The notes beneath the pieces are model-generated. The model was not told where the DNA came from and did not search any database. It was given only the letters and a program-made list of their open reading frames with translations. This document shows, piece after piece, positions 35,890 through 49,819 of a DNA stretch of 64,000 nucleotides. The position numbers and the translations under genes are program-made. Numbering within the stretch: the first letter of the stretch is position 1; every line of letters begins with the position of its first letter. Origin of the DNA: Lingula anatina (Eukaryota > Animalia > Brachiopoda). The stretch spans positions 10,044,001-10,108,000 of the forward strand of contig CM120646.1 in NCBI GenBank assembly GCA_051362555.1, read 5' to 3'.

Positions 35890-38800
35890 ATTTTGTGGTC
35901 AATTCTAACTTTGTGTCTTATCAAAACCGGATGTTTTCATCATAGGATTCTTCCTGCAACAATATTCCCATTTGCACTTTTCCAAAGTTAATAATTTTCG
36001 TAAACAACTTTCACACGTAATGTGAATTAAGCAGGCAACAGTAAATCCTCAGTGAGGAGTGTGCGAATTATTTTATCAATATATGTGTACATCAGTACAT
36101 GTTTGTAAGGCAGATAAAGCGTTCCAGTCACACTGAATCTTGGGCTGGCGTGCGGTCTATTTGATATGCCTATCAACTATAAAGACGGATGATGATTTTC
36201 AGTCCTCTTGTGCTGCCTGCTGTTATACAGCCTGTCCAGCAATTAGGGCGTCATCGTGGGTTGCATGCGACAGAAGATTCAATAGAGGCCGAAATTTAAG
36301 ACCACGGGTGATCGAACTATAGACATATGTTTTCTTATGCGAACAATGCCTGAACCTTAAAGGTGAAGTAAAGTAGGGGGAGTTCATGAAGCAGATCAGT
36401 GTATCACCAGATCGGAGCCAGCATGATATCCTAGATCAGCTAAACGACACATCCACACGTGGAAAGTAATTGGTGTATCATAAGAAAACACACCTGCGGC
36501 CGCTATAAATAACATGCTTTTATCTAGGAAGCATTAGCATGTCGCACTCGTCACCGCAAGGCAATAAAGAATGAAACCCCCTACTTCACGCCAGTGTTCT
36601 TGGAAACCTTTCATGAAAGATGCTACATCTCTCAAAGAAGTGATGTTGCTATAAGTGCATTACACAGTGGAATTACATGTACCGACACCACGACATTTTC
36701 CACGGGTTTCAGGCAGTCTCTTAATGCAAGAAAGTGAAGACATTTCAGACCAAGGGCAGACCTCACAAAATAATTTTGAGTGAAAATTAATTTCAATTAA
36801 AAATTTTGTGATATGGCAGAAATCAACTAAAATAACATTGGATCAAAAATTAAAAAAAAAAAAAAAACAGAAGGTGGAATTCGTTTTACACCTATACGTT
36901 CTTTATATTAACCCGCTTTGACGGAGTCAACCTGGGTAAAAGTGGTTTGTGAAACCTGCTTTAGACTTCGTTATCATCTCGCCCGTTAATTGCACTGGTG
37001 TGACACTTTCACTGAGGACCTTACTGTTAGTCTGTTTTTGATTGCGTCCTCAGGTGTCACTCACAAAGACCAGACCAAAGAAATCCTGTCATTAGATGTG
37101 ATCGAGCAAAATTTAGTAACCATGGCAACATAAAGCCATTTACGTCCCCAATAGATTAATAACAATATCTGCATGTAAAACTGCAGGATATTGAACTAAT
37201 TAATCCTAACTACCAGGGGCCTTGCACGGAATATTGGATCCTCTGATTGACTTGTGCACTTTTAACAAAGAAAAAAGTCATAGTAGTACATATCATTGTA
37301 GAATGTAAGAAAGAACATTTTATTTTTATTTTTTACTTTTTCTGTGCAGGTTGAAATCTGTTGATATATAACAAAACCGAAATCAATATTTTGTTTTGGC
37401 GTGATTTTACTTTATCATTACCTGGGATATTTCACTCTGCTGCTATACCACTCTCTTTACACCAATTTAGACTTAGATTAGCCAGTATTTTTTCATTGGC
37501 AATCGCGACAGGCTGTTGATGTACTATGACATTGACATATTTTATACAGAATAGAAAGAATAATGAATGACCTTTGTATTGTTGTTCCTCTGAAAACATG
37601 ACTTATTAACCTCATTTTAGCAAAATACAAGGTCAGTTTTGTTAGCTGTAACATGTTCGTGTATAACATCTGTCAGTAAACTGTGATATGAGTTTTAGAT
37701 CTTCACAAAAATGCACAATGAATGTAAACTATGGTGTCCCTTAATATATACATGTATATATTAGTATGTTGACCGAATACAAATATTTACAGAAGTGCAG
37801 AGGTGTGTCCTTTTCTTCTCAATTAACCATGATATCAATGTAATATCTGTTTTAAAAACAACCATCTGCTGAATGCAGCGATGACAGGGACCAATTATTT
37901 CAAATTCTATAAACATCATTATCACAATATCAACGTAAAAAAAGATATTATCACTAGGTATGTACAATATGTTCATGGTTTAGCGTGTCGATGTACCTGT
38001 AGATTAGGCAAAACTGTCCCCGAAATAAACGGCAGCCACTTCAGGTTTGAAAGACGTGGAGTAAGAAATTTACTGTGTAACAATGAGTATTTTATAATAA
38101 TGACAATAATAATAATAACAACGTTGTTTTAGGAAGTTGTGTACCACTTTAATTCGGCGTTCATGTGGACCCCTGTACGTTTACACTCTCTATCCCTTTT
38201 GTACCTCAGTACCTTTAATGGATATTGGCATTATTGGTATTGATATTATGGTTCCTTTAAAGCCCACCACTCAATCTTCAATTTTTCTAGCATTAATTAA
38301 ATACCGAATAGTTTACGTTACATCACTCCACTACCGTTGTGATTGTCTCTATTTCAGTACTCTTATTATTTTCGCTTATAAGACCAATTAGTGTGGCATC
38401 ATCCGTATATTTCATCGTAAATGTATCCTGAACATCTGTTACACAATCATGGGTAAAAAGAGGGAGAACGCATGGAGATAGCTCACTTCCCTTTAAGGAT
38501 CCGGTGTATTAATGTCCACACTTGACGTTTTTGAGCCTACTGTTGCAATCAGTCTTTTTTCTCACTAAGAATATCTCAAACCCAGTTGCAAATAACCAAT
38601 GGGAGACTAAGATTGTTTGAAAGCTTAAATATAATTTGAAAGGAATGATAGTATATTAAAGGCAGAAAAATTGAAAAATAAAATGTGTGCATGGCAGTTT
38701 TGTAAACTAAGCACCATGTCAGTATTTTAGTTAACTTGGAAACAAAAATTATTTCTTGAGCAAAAAAAAAAAAATAAATAAATAAAAAATAAAAAAGGGA

Positions 38801-38984
38801 TTTTGCAAATATTAACTGGGTCTGGAAGACTCGCGTGTCTATCTAACAGATGACAAAAGGTTTACAAGTAATTATGACACGAAGATACATTGAAAGTTGT
38901 GCGATCAATACCATTTGGCGACTGACAAGCAGTTTTTTGCGATTATATGACACGATCCCTATCATATATTTTGCGCCTTTAAGA

Positions 38985-39401
38985 AATCTACCGCCAAGGA
39001 GGTTAGGGTTTTGGCTCCGTTTATCTGTCAGTTTGTCTGTCTGTTAGCAAGATTATGGAAAAAGATTTTGACCGATTTTGGTGAAATTTTCAGACACTAT
39101 ATGTCTGGAGTAGACCAAGTTAAAAACGGTAAGAGTTTGGTTGTGATCCATTGATTAATTAATTAAAATGGTTTATTAGTTAATTATTTGATAGGTCAAT
39201 AATGTCTTACATTTTGGTGGCGATAAATGAATTTATTAGCCAATTTTTCACTTAATTAATTAGCTGAACAGCTTCATAATTAAAATTTAGGTAATTTATA
39301 AGGTAATGAATAAATAAATATTAATCTTTAATTAATATTAGTTATTAATCTAACTAATAATCCTTGGCGGAAGCCTGCGCTCTCTGAGTGCTATTCTAGT
39401 T
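38985..39401 (+). mobile_element. Helentron-associated non-autonomous element (HINE/DINE-1-like)
   Basis: Subterminal inverted repeats CCGCCAAGGA and TCCTTGGCGG, TCTG microsatellite, 3' hairpin GCGCTC-TCT-GAGTGC, terminal TCTAGTT. Confidence 0.8.
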
Positions 39402-39554
39402 CCATTATTGGACTACCTCACGACTCTGAAAAAGTGCGATAGAACTAGTTCTTTACAGCCAAAATGTCTCATTTTTTACCAATGTTTCTTGTTGTATATT
39501 GTTAACTGCAGTAAATACGTTAGACCATTAGATGGGTTGACCAAAAAAGACAGC

Positions 39555-39700
39555 TCCTCAATATAGTCAAAGATAGACAACTGATGTTCTTGGGCCATTC
39601 CATCAGAAAAGAGGAATTGGAGAATCATGGCCTTAGTGGTGACAATTTAGACACTTTTGGTCAATGGCGAGAAACGGAAACCTTTGGCAAAATATCAACT
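39555..39700 (+). mobile_element. Short RTE/BovB-like LINE 3' remnant
   Basis: LNIVKDRQLMFLGHSIRKEELENHGLSG resembles the RTE C-terminal RQLxFLGHxxR motif. Confidence 0.55.
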
Positions 39701-40179
39701 TTCGTCAAACGCGATGGCACACAAAGAAGAAGGCATTTAGAAACGCTGCAATATTATTATCAACTGACGTATATTTAGAAGTTGTGGGCGCTTTTAAAGA
39801 AAAATGATTCTTGTATTATGATATCAAGTAAACCAATTAGATAATTTTGTTCTCTATTTGACTTGCTTTTTCTGTCTTTTTCTGAGTCTTTTTCACTATT
39901 AACAATTATCCTTTCAACTTGTATCAACCGCATGTATCAGTCCCTCTTTGTAAATTACCATATTTCAAATGTATGGATAGTAATAGATTTACAGGTAGAA
40001 AAGATAGAAAAACGTCATCACTGCCATGACTTATCAGGTCATTTCTTCGAGAACATACCCGCCCCCCCCCCCTTTCAAGCTCTGTCTTCACTAACACAAT
40101 TGGGTTATATTTATGGCGGCCGTCACAATCATGGTTGAGACAGCATCAAACTCATAACAGCTTGACCGGCGGTGGGCTT

Positions 40180-40193
40180 ACACACACACACAC

Positions 40194-40234
<41 letters not shown>
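40180..40234. repeat. (CA)n microsatellite
   Basis: Direct reading. Confidence 0.95.
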
Positions 40235-40480
40235 CAGTGGCGGATTTAGAGGGGGGTCAAGGGGGTCCTGACCCCCTTGAGTTTCTGAAAATATATTATA
40301 CCAATATTCCCCTCTTGGAATTTTGACTAGCTAAATCATATTTCTAAACCGTACCAAAGGGCACTGTTTTCCATTCAAACAGCATTTTTTGTCGGGGCCG
40401 TTGAGCAGGCCCCAAACCCCACACCAAGGGGGGATGGTCGGCTCCGCATCCCCCTTTTAATAATGCTGGATCCGCTCCTG
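40235..40480. mobile_element. GC-rich MITE (CAGTGGCGGAT...ATCCGCTCCTG)
   Basis: Imperfect inverted ends with G/C-run subtermini. Confidence 0.6.
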
Positions 40481-40679
40481 TACTCGCCCCTTCACCTAAC
40501 CCCAGCAGCTGAAGTCGCAAAAATAACAACACTGTGATGGTGTTTTGAACTATTTTTTATCCACGCTTTACTGCAGTAAAATAAACGAAAGAACATTGTT
40601 ACAAGAGCGAAGTAGCAGTTTGTTTGTAAAATAGGATAGTAATATTTTTGTTTACAGTTATATTTTTGTTTCCCATCCT

Positions 40680-42118
40680 CTTATTATCACCGGTCCTTGC
40701 TAACATTTAGCCCCGCAAGAATTAAACCACTTACCTCAACCACAACACGAATGTCAACTTTAATAAAGATGAATTAGTATCGTTTTATTCATTTCTTTCT
40801 TTCTTTCTTTATTTATTTTGCATAAAGCAGACTTTAACAGTAAAAGAATCTGTGAATATTCTACACATAATGCAAATACATTTATTCTTCCTTCTTCCAC
40901 GCACATACTGGGGTACCTAGTTGTACTAATTTTGAAATGACCCATGCGCTACCTCCAGAATAACGTCAAATGTCATATTTCTTAAACTTGAATCTCTTTT
41001 TAAATTGGTTTCTTTTGATAAATTCTTGTTTTTACAAAATAGTTTGCAATCTAGAGTGTCGTATTATACACGCTGCAGGGCTCAGAAAGAGTACTAATTT
41101 TGGAAACAGGTTGTATATATTGTCTTGAAATATTTTGCAAGTTACTTCAGATTTTAGCGCTCTCTTTCGGCGTACTCACTGTTTCACAGCGAGAGAAATC
41201 ACAGTGCGCGATGATTGACGTTTGCTTATATAACCTGCCAATCAAGCTGTTATTACTTGACAGCAACTATCAAAACTAACTGAATTTGATTGGCACCTTG
41301 TCAATCAAAGGATGTAGGAAGCTTGAACTAAACGTGTTCGACGACTAAAGTGATCCAGTGTGTAATGAGTGTAATTGACGTTTGTTTATATAAACTGCCA
41401 ATCAAGCTGTTATTACTTGACAGCAACTATAAAAACTAATGAATTTGATTGGCATCTTGTCACTCAAAGGATATTGGAGTTTTACATGTTCAGAGAGAAA
41501 AGTGTAGCAACTGTGTTTGACGTTTGTTAAAAAAACTGTCATTCATAGTCGTGTGCGCTGGACAGCTTTCATCAAAAGTGAATTAGCCTGTTTGAATTTG
41601 ATTCATACCTGTCTATAACAATACATGTCGTAACATTCTGGAGGTAGGGGGTAGTTTATTTTCTTTTTTTTGCAGCGCGTTAAAAAACGTCGGGTTCTTT
41701 ATTTCAACTGAGTGACTGAAATTTAACAACGTGAAAGATTCCCTGGTTTTTTTCACAGGCGTTTTTAATTGTAATAAAATCAGTTGTCATTCTTTTTCTG
41801 GATATGATGTAAAATGACTATACATGAATTAACGTTGTTGTCGATGTTTGTAGCTCCATAATCCTTTCTTTGATGCTCTTACGATATCGGAACTTCGTAT
41901 ACGAACTGAACATATTACTTTAATCGTGCTCATGTTCTTTTACACCCAATTGAATATTTTTGGATCATTTTTTAAAAAACAAATGGTATAAAAAGTGAAA
42001 CCTTGTCATTTTTTCATGAGCTTCGGAGAGAAAAAATGCCGAGATAATGATGTTAGTGGCCAGGTAAAATTAAAAAGTACTGGTTTTGTTCGTTCTTATC
42101 AAGGACCGGGGCAATAAG
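40680..42118. mobile_element. ~1.4-kb element with imperfect TIRs and an internal ~160-bp tandem repeat
   Basis: CTTATTATCACCGGTCCTTGCTAA and TTATCAAGGACCGGGGCAATAAG; repeat units at 41214, 41374 and (degenerate) 41517. Confidence 0.5.
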
Positions 42119-43385
42119 TAGCCCGTCGCTGTATAATTGACAGGAGCGTGCGTGAAAACTGTTGTTTTAAAATAAACTACACAATTAAAACTGCCAAATT
42201 AAAATTAAAAACAATTTTTTGTAATGCGTTAACATTCTTTCGTGCTTTAATCTGCTACATATTGTTAGTACTTCATAAGTATAAAAAAACTCCAGATTTT
42301 AATAACGTGTGAAAATTAATAAACTAATAGTGGGATAAGTCGGGCTGGTTTAATCAAAGACTTGAAATTCTTGGTTTAATTTATTGAAGTAGTTCGTTCA
42401 ATATTTTATACTATATTTCATCAGATTGGTAAAAATTATCTTTTCATTATATATACATGTATGTTCAAATTATTTGGACTTGTCTCATTCAGAACCTACA
42501 TGTACGTACACAGTACTCTGTTGAATTACAACAACAACCTTGCCTATTTATATTTGGAATCCTGGACGACAGCCCTCTCTTAGGTATTAATCTACTACTT
42601 CTTTATATAAAGAAGTATTTAACTCTATGTAGACAGAATAAAATTACACCTCTCTGGAATGCCTGCAAAAAGTATTTGGAAAAGCAAAAGAAAATAGATT
42701 TTCAATCTTTATACCCGCTGGGTCCTCAAAAGGCAGATGATCTCAGAAAAAAATGGGAAAGTATAGAAAAAATATTGATATGAATAGAAAAGAACATTTG
42801 TCGTAGCCTAGGCCTTCTAAGATTCTTTTATTAAAAAAATTCTACGTGTATTTTAATCAACATTTGTAAGAACTTTGTTTGCAGTGTGTGAATGGTGTGT
42901 GGAAGGTGTATTTGTCTCTTATTGTGTTGTAAATGTCCTGTATTAATTTTCGTGAATAAAAAAAAATTGTTCAGGTGTAGATACGGTAAGCTGAAGACTT
43001 GTTTTTTTTTTTTTAATTTCTTTTTCAGACAGCTCTCAGAAGTTCATTATGTGAGTTTTTTTCCTTATGACCAAATCTTAAAGCAATAATAACTCTTCCT
43101 TTGAGGAATGGGGTTGTTGACCATTGGTAAGTACGGGAAAATTGCCGTTTTTTCCAGGAAAATCCAATTTTTGGCCAAAACGAAGAGTTATTATGACTTT
43201 AAGCTAAGTTACTTTCACCTCATCTGTGATAAAAATAGACCGAATGTGATGCAGTGTTTTACCAGCTAGTAATAATAATAGTATTTTTAACTACTCAAAT
43301 TAAGAGTTTCCTTGCACTCTCCCGCTGAAATTTATACTTCCGGGGGCCGTGGCTCTCTTCGACGATTTTCTCTTCGACAGATTTA

Positions 43386-43955
43386 CAGAGGCGGATCAAG
43401 GATTATTTGAAGGTGGGGTTCCACGGATGCGAAATCAACCCCCCCTCCCCCCCGTTAAACGCCTATTTCTATTATAAGGCCTGGAAGTCCTAAACAAAAT
43501 TTTATTGAAACTGCTGCCATAAATGATGGACTTGACTGAAACTTCAGACAGCTTGCTTGTGTACATAAGGGTTATCTGGGTTACAGTACAGGGAGGGGCG
43601 GGATACGACACATAGTGAACCAATATCTATATGGTTCCTTGCTGCACATTATGTTGTGGGTGTGCGTCGTCTTTGCAAACGGAAAGAGAAAATGTCAACA
43701 TTCACCTACATGTAGGTGCAGTGCAGTGTACAGTATTTCGGGGTTGGGAGTTCATCCGCCTTGGAGAAATAATAAAACTGGTCTAGCTGAGCTCCACATT
43801 ACACATGCATATAATGTTCAGGTGAGGGAGAATCTGCTTGAAATCGATCTTACAGTTTTCTGCCCAAAAAAACGCTGCTGCTACGCCATCAGCTTGAGTA
43901 AGAAAAGCATCTGCGGCGGACCCCCCTTCAAATAATCCTGGTTCCTGGATCTATA
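43386..43955. mobile_element. GC-rich MITE (CAGAGGCGGATCAAGGATTATTTGAAGG..)
   Basis: AGGATTATTTGAAGGTGGGG is inverted as CCCCCCTTCAAATAATCCT at ~43921-43940. Confidence 0.65.
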
Positions 43956-46762
43956 TCGGGCAACGGACATCAAACAATAGGCCTACCGGTAGGACTACCA
44001 TCCCAGAAAATTAAAATGAAAAGGGAGTGTAAAAAATAACTTCTTTACCTTTTAAATAATGAACACTGGGATCCTTTTAAATAATGAACAATTCAAATCC
44101 TTTTCAACCAAAATATTTTCAATTTGAACTAAAAATCAAAAGATCTAGGGCGAAATAGCTTGAACGTAGCGCTGAACTGGGATGCGCTTGATGTGCCCCG
44201 ATTCGCCTCCGATATAGTGTGTTAGATGTGACCGATATGTTGATTGCGTTTTCACTGCAGGTCTTTTTTCATCAACAGACTTGTTCATTCGGATCGGAAT
44301 ACTATTTTCAAGCATTTCGCACGTTATGGAATATATCTAGGAATATTAACGACGTAAGAAAATGTCATCTTCTCCCATTCAATCGCCACTGGCACCTCGC
44401 CTTATATATATATTCAGTGAAGATTTTCGGGATGGGAAAGAGCGGAAATCATGTAGGCCTACTACAGACTATAGTTTTGCAAGTTAACACAATCGAAAGA
44501 AAAGGAGTGCATTTTAGTTTATTGGGTAAGTATAAAGACTATTTGCTTCCCTTCCGATAAGTGCTCTAAGACTTCTGTTTTGTGATAACAAACAAATCTA
44601 TCAACATTCGTGTCTTTCATTGTGTTTCTACAAAACCATAGTCTAGATCTAATCAACACAAAACGGTGTTCAGTCATCCAAGTTTTCCTGAATTCAAACT
44701 TGGTCGTAGGGGAGACATTCGTTTGCGCTTGTTGTATACATGTCGACTCTCCCGGATAATCTGGGAGTCTCTTGAATACAGAACGAATCTCCCCTACAGG
44801 TAACCAATCTCCCGAATAAAAGCGACTTTGACAAATTGCACCGCTGTCAGTTAACGCCCTGTCGATTTAACTTAGAGTTCGGTGATCTTTTAAAAACTTA
44901 ATAATTATCTTCTAATTGTTTGAGAAAGTGGTCACCTGAGCACCTGATCACAATAGGTCAGGCCTTGACCGCGGATGAAAATGCTAGTGTGAATAGCCTA
45001 TCTGTTATTGGACACCTGGCGGGATCAGGTATACCAGGATATACAATATATGTGAGTAGAAAAGCAGGAAATCACATGCTTAGAAAACTTTATATCTGAT
45101 TTTATTAGAATGTGTTTCCATAGTAAAAACACTTCCATGGATACCCATCTGTTGGTGCATGATTGTCAAATATGGCCTTATGGGCTATTTTTAAAAATTT
45201 GATTGAAATTTTAGAAATTTTGTTAAAAATACTGCAATGTAAAACTTATAGATCGACTAAGGTTGTTCAAACTCCCAACAAGGTTGTTCATAACTGCAAA
45301 AAAATAAAATAAATAAATAAATAAATAGAATGAATTTTAATAAAAGCTTATTAAAAAAATGTAAAAGTAAAAAGCTGAAATATAGCTAAAATGTCATAAC
45401 ACTATTTAGATGAAATTGATTCAAACTTTTTTTAAGTCGCATTATTTAAAAACTGTCCATGGTATTTTTTCAACATATTGCTTGTAGTTAATACCCCCTT
45501 TACACTAGACGGTGTCCTTTCTGCGTCCTTTGTGCGAGCATGAAACTGGCATCCCTGTGGTCATCAAAAGGAGGCACAAACATCGCTTTGGTTGCTAAGT
45601 TAATCCTCAATGATTGGCCAGTTGTTGGCTTGTAAAGTATTCTTTTTTTATTCTCAAACGGGGTGGTACTACATGGATGCAGAAAGGATGCCATCCAGTG
45701 TAAAGGGGGCTTAAGGAAGTTCTCCACGGGATCTAACCCCCCACCCCCCATCCCAATGAATTTTCCTGGGGTAAGGAGCCATTTTCTCCTACCTACTAAC
45801 TGCTACTTGACCCGTTCTACACTAAGGTTCGATGTTTATTCCATTTTTAGTTTAAAATGACTGGCCATTGAAATAGATCATCTACGGTCACACACATTGC
45901 CTAGTTTTCACACAAGAAAATAGGTTGTTCAGTATTGCAGACCTGTGCCATATATAATTATAGATATTGCAAGCTGGCACTGGCTACGTGAAGAGACTGA
46001 GAAAATAATAATGACACTAGGTATGCACCAGATAGGTGACTTTTTATATCCTATATGGTCTAATGTAAAAGCTACAGACTTTATTTATCTAAGGGAATTA
46101 CAGAAAATAAAATCGTGCTTTTATTTCCTCTGTTTATGTAAAACATGTCACAATTCCAATAAAGAATGTACTTTCCATGTTAAATTGTATCTGCCTTCAG
46201 CCTAATTTTTTAATTATTTCTGTCCTTCATCCCCGTGAAAAATGTGAAATATCCTGGTTTAGTTAATCTCTGAGCTTAATTTCTTATCACCTCAAAGTCA
46301 TGCTATTAAAATAATCCAATCCAATAACACAAAGATGAAAAAGATGTGACAAAGATAAATTTTAAAATGGGCCATATACTGAAGCAGTAGTGTACACCTA
46401 CAGTGCGATAAGCAAAACATTGGTTGTGAAGAAAACTTGGAAAATGTATCAAAAAAAGAGATAAAAATCAAAAGTATCAAAATCCTGAAATATGTCCATT
46501 TAGTGACATAACTTTATAGTAGATCAGATGGGTCCACATACATATGTACCCATCTCTCTGTCCAAACTATTAACTGGAGACCTACATGTGTATAATGTGG
46601 GGAGTGGGAACAAGAAAACCACTTGGCCTGCAAAGAAAACCTAGAAAACATACAAGAAAATTAGAAGAAAGCTCTTTTCTTATATATAGCATGATGCCCC
46701 TTAAACCTACAGTTGACACTTCATTTCTCAATACAGTATATTTTAACTTTTTTTTTTACTAG

Positions 46763-46873
46763 GAACACCAACTACACAAGCTATAGTCACTTTCATCCCA
46801 GGGATTCAGCCGCCAGGAGGTCCTGTTACTTTTATTCCCAGTTTAGAGTCACCTGTGACACCAGCACCCACAG
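46763..46873 (+). CDS. Candidate symmetric phase-1 exon encoding a Pro/Thr-rich peptide
   Basis: Strong acceptor (T-run)ACTAG and donor CAG|GTAAAT; 111 bp open: GTPTTQAIVTFIPGIQPPGGPVTFIPSLESPVTPAPT. Confidence 0.45.
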
Positions 46874-47125
46874 GTAAATATCAGTACCACTATATATACT
46901 GTGTGATGTCATCGATACAGTAGAAGATATTTATGTACAGACACCTTTGACACCAGCACCCACAGGTAAATGTCAGTGTCACTATACATACAGTGTATGA
47001 TGTCAGTGATATAGTAGAAGATCTGTATTTATGTACAGATACCTGTGACACCAGCACCCACAGGTAAATATATCTAGATGACTATATATACAGTGCATGA
47101 TGTCACTGATACAGTAGAACATGTC
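46850..47125 (+). repeat. Three ~92-98-bp tandem copies including the exon end and donor site
   Basis: ACCT(G/T)TGACACCAGCACCCACAGGTAAAT at ~46851, ~46943 and ~47041. Confidence 0.9.
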
Positions 47126-48397
47126 TGCTTTATCTCAGTGTATAAAACAAGCATCTCTCTTTGCACATGTACGTTTTTTAAAGTGTAGTTGCATTTTTTC
47201 TCATGTTATCAAGTTGTCACTTTGAACTCCCATTAGGGATCTGAAGCCTTATGCTAGTGACACATGAATTTTCACATTAAATTGAACATATTAGTATACC
47301 ATGTGTGTCCACCATTGGCCCTACTCAGAGTGAAACACCAACAGCCCATGGACATGATCATGTCATTGTGACCTGGGGTATGTTGTTTTATTTCTCCTGG
47401 ACTGACACAAGCAGTTAGTGAATGTTTTGTGGAACTGGAACTCCTTGTCAATTACTGTGATTCGTAACATTCCTAATGTTGGACACACATATGGAACTGA
47501 CCTCTTTGATCTCAGAATTTGACATCCCTCTGTGTGCTCTTGATGCTATTACTCAGTGATAATTCATTTGAAATTGACTGTAATGCCCAAAAATTAATGC
47601 TTTGTTCTTTATTTATGTTGTCATTGCTAGTCATACGTAATGCAGATAAATACAAAAAACTAATCACCTTTTTCTTTGTTCAATTATATTTTGGTAAAGT
47701 AAATTACTAAAAAGTATTACTGATTATACTACAGTGCCGTATATGTATTTTTTGTTCACTGTCATTGTTTACAACTTCAGGTCTGTATATTTGGCAGCTT
47801 TGCATGCTGCCTTGTTTAACCAAATTGTCACATTTCAGTCCTCAATGCTGATAACTGTTATATATTAGGTCAGACAATTGTAGTTTTTTTTTCTTACACC
47901 TTGCTTGTGACAGTGTCCCTTCACAAATCAACCCTTCTGTCTCCTTTTCCAGGTGACCCTTTCCATACAGCATGGTGGCTTAATTGGTGAACTGAATCTA
48001 CCTTTCCGCTCATGTCTAATTCCTATAGAAAAGCAGAAAGCATCTGGTATTGGTAGTAAGGAGAAGTCTTGAATGGGTATATATTATTTCCAAATGACAG
48101 TTATCATAGGTACATTTACACAAACAAACACAAACTATCACATTTGATATTTTATTTTAGACTGAAAAATCTATCACAATATTGAAATAATATTTGTTTT
48201 TGGTAATGCTCACTCTTCTCAAAAATTGCCAATAAACTACACTAAAATTAGAAATTAGTAAAGTGATAAGCTTATCTCTGATTTCTACAGCTGTTAAGCT
48301 TCATTTTTATGTACAGACGCTGTAAGTGTCTGTATATGTTCTGATTGATCTGTCTGTCCGGGTCGTTGCTGTCGTCCTGGCTGTTGCTGTCCGACAC

Positions 48398-48740
48398 ATG
48401 ACGTTAACCCCATAACTGGCAAACAGTTTTTTTTTTGTTTTACTTTAAATTTACTGAGTGGCATTGTTTGGTAAAGAGGCTGGTACCTTTCAAAAAATCG
48501 GCATGATCAGTTTACATGAATGATAATATTATTCTGATTTTTTGCACAATTTTGGTGACGTTAACCCCATAACAGCCAAATTGTATTTTTGTTTTACTTA
48601 AAATTTAATGAGTGGCTTGTTGTTTTCCAAGATCAGCATAATCGATTCATATAAACTTTAATTATTAACTTCCAAACCATATTTTTGTTTCACTTTAAAT
48701 TTATTAAGTGGCTTTGTTTTGTACTGAGGCAGATCAGTGC
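48398..48740 (+). repeat. Degenerate tandem repeat, 2-3 copies
   Basis: TGACGTTAACCCCATAAC at ~48400 and ~48556; AAATTTA..AGTGGC three times. Confidence 0.65.
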
Positions 48741-49819
48741 ATATTTATGATAATTATAAGACCAGCTTGGTGCTGTTGGTACAAATGGTTTTAGTTCCGA
48801 CCCATCTCATCCACCGGATCTGGATAGTTACAATCATTGCATCGTAGTTGAATAAAACCACTAGTGAGTAGGAATAAAGGAATATTAAAAGGTATATTAA
48901 AACAAAATAACTAAAATACAAAGAAATAAAATTGTATCAATTAATTTTGAAACTTGTATATCGCACTTGTTAAAAAGTCACTCATTGATCATTTGGTTTT
49001 AGTTTTAGGTCTTTTGAATGTCTCCTGTTCCCTTAATGAATATTTGACATTTTGTTTTGGTTGTAAAAGATAATGCAGACTATGATCTGGTTCATTTGAT
49101 ATACTAATAAACAATTTTTTGCATGCATTTGCGTCTTTTTGCGTCTTTCACTCAGTAGTTCAAGTTTACTATGTTCACAAGCAGCGTCATATTCAAGATC
49201 AGGATAAATTATCTTAAGAGCTCTTTTTTAAGACTTTTCTACTAGAGCAGTCAATTCATTTGTTAATCCAAATTGCCAAACAGGGGTGGTATATTCTAAA
49301 ACTGGCCTTATGACCATCTGGTAATAAGGCTAGTAAACAAACCATTTTATCATTACCTCTCCTTCGCCTTTCCCCAGGTGAATTTACTTTCACAAGAATT
49401 ATAAATAAAAAGGCAATTCAAGATATTTCATGTTCAGTGTTTTACACCTTCATATGCCTATATGCTAGCTTGTTGATTCCACAAAGAAACTCCCATTTCC
49501 TAGGAAAATACTAGAATTAAGGTGGTACATTTGTATTTTTTCATATCCGCAGCGGTGTCTGAGGTTTCAGTCAAATGGAGAAGTCAGCTGATCCACTGCA
49601 TCAACAGATATGGTGGCTCCTTCAATCCAGAAAACCAAGATATCTTCCAGGCATTTTAAAGAAGACCATTCTATTAAATGTATGTGTACATTAAGGCTGT
49701 ATAATTCGGGGATGATTATTATCTCATAAAAGTTTATTGAAGTTTATTGAATTAAATTAATATCCATTTCACTTCTGACTGTGTACTGTTAAATATCTCT
49801 GAGTTGACTAAGTTCTTCC

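Noticed and set aside
38493-38960. Kolobok-like MITE starting at TTAAGG
   Set aside because: No convincing matching inverted end found
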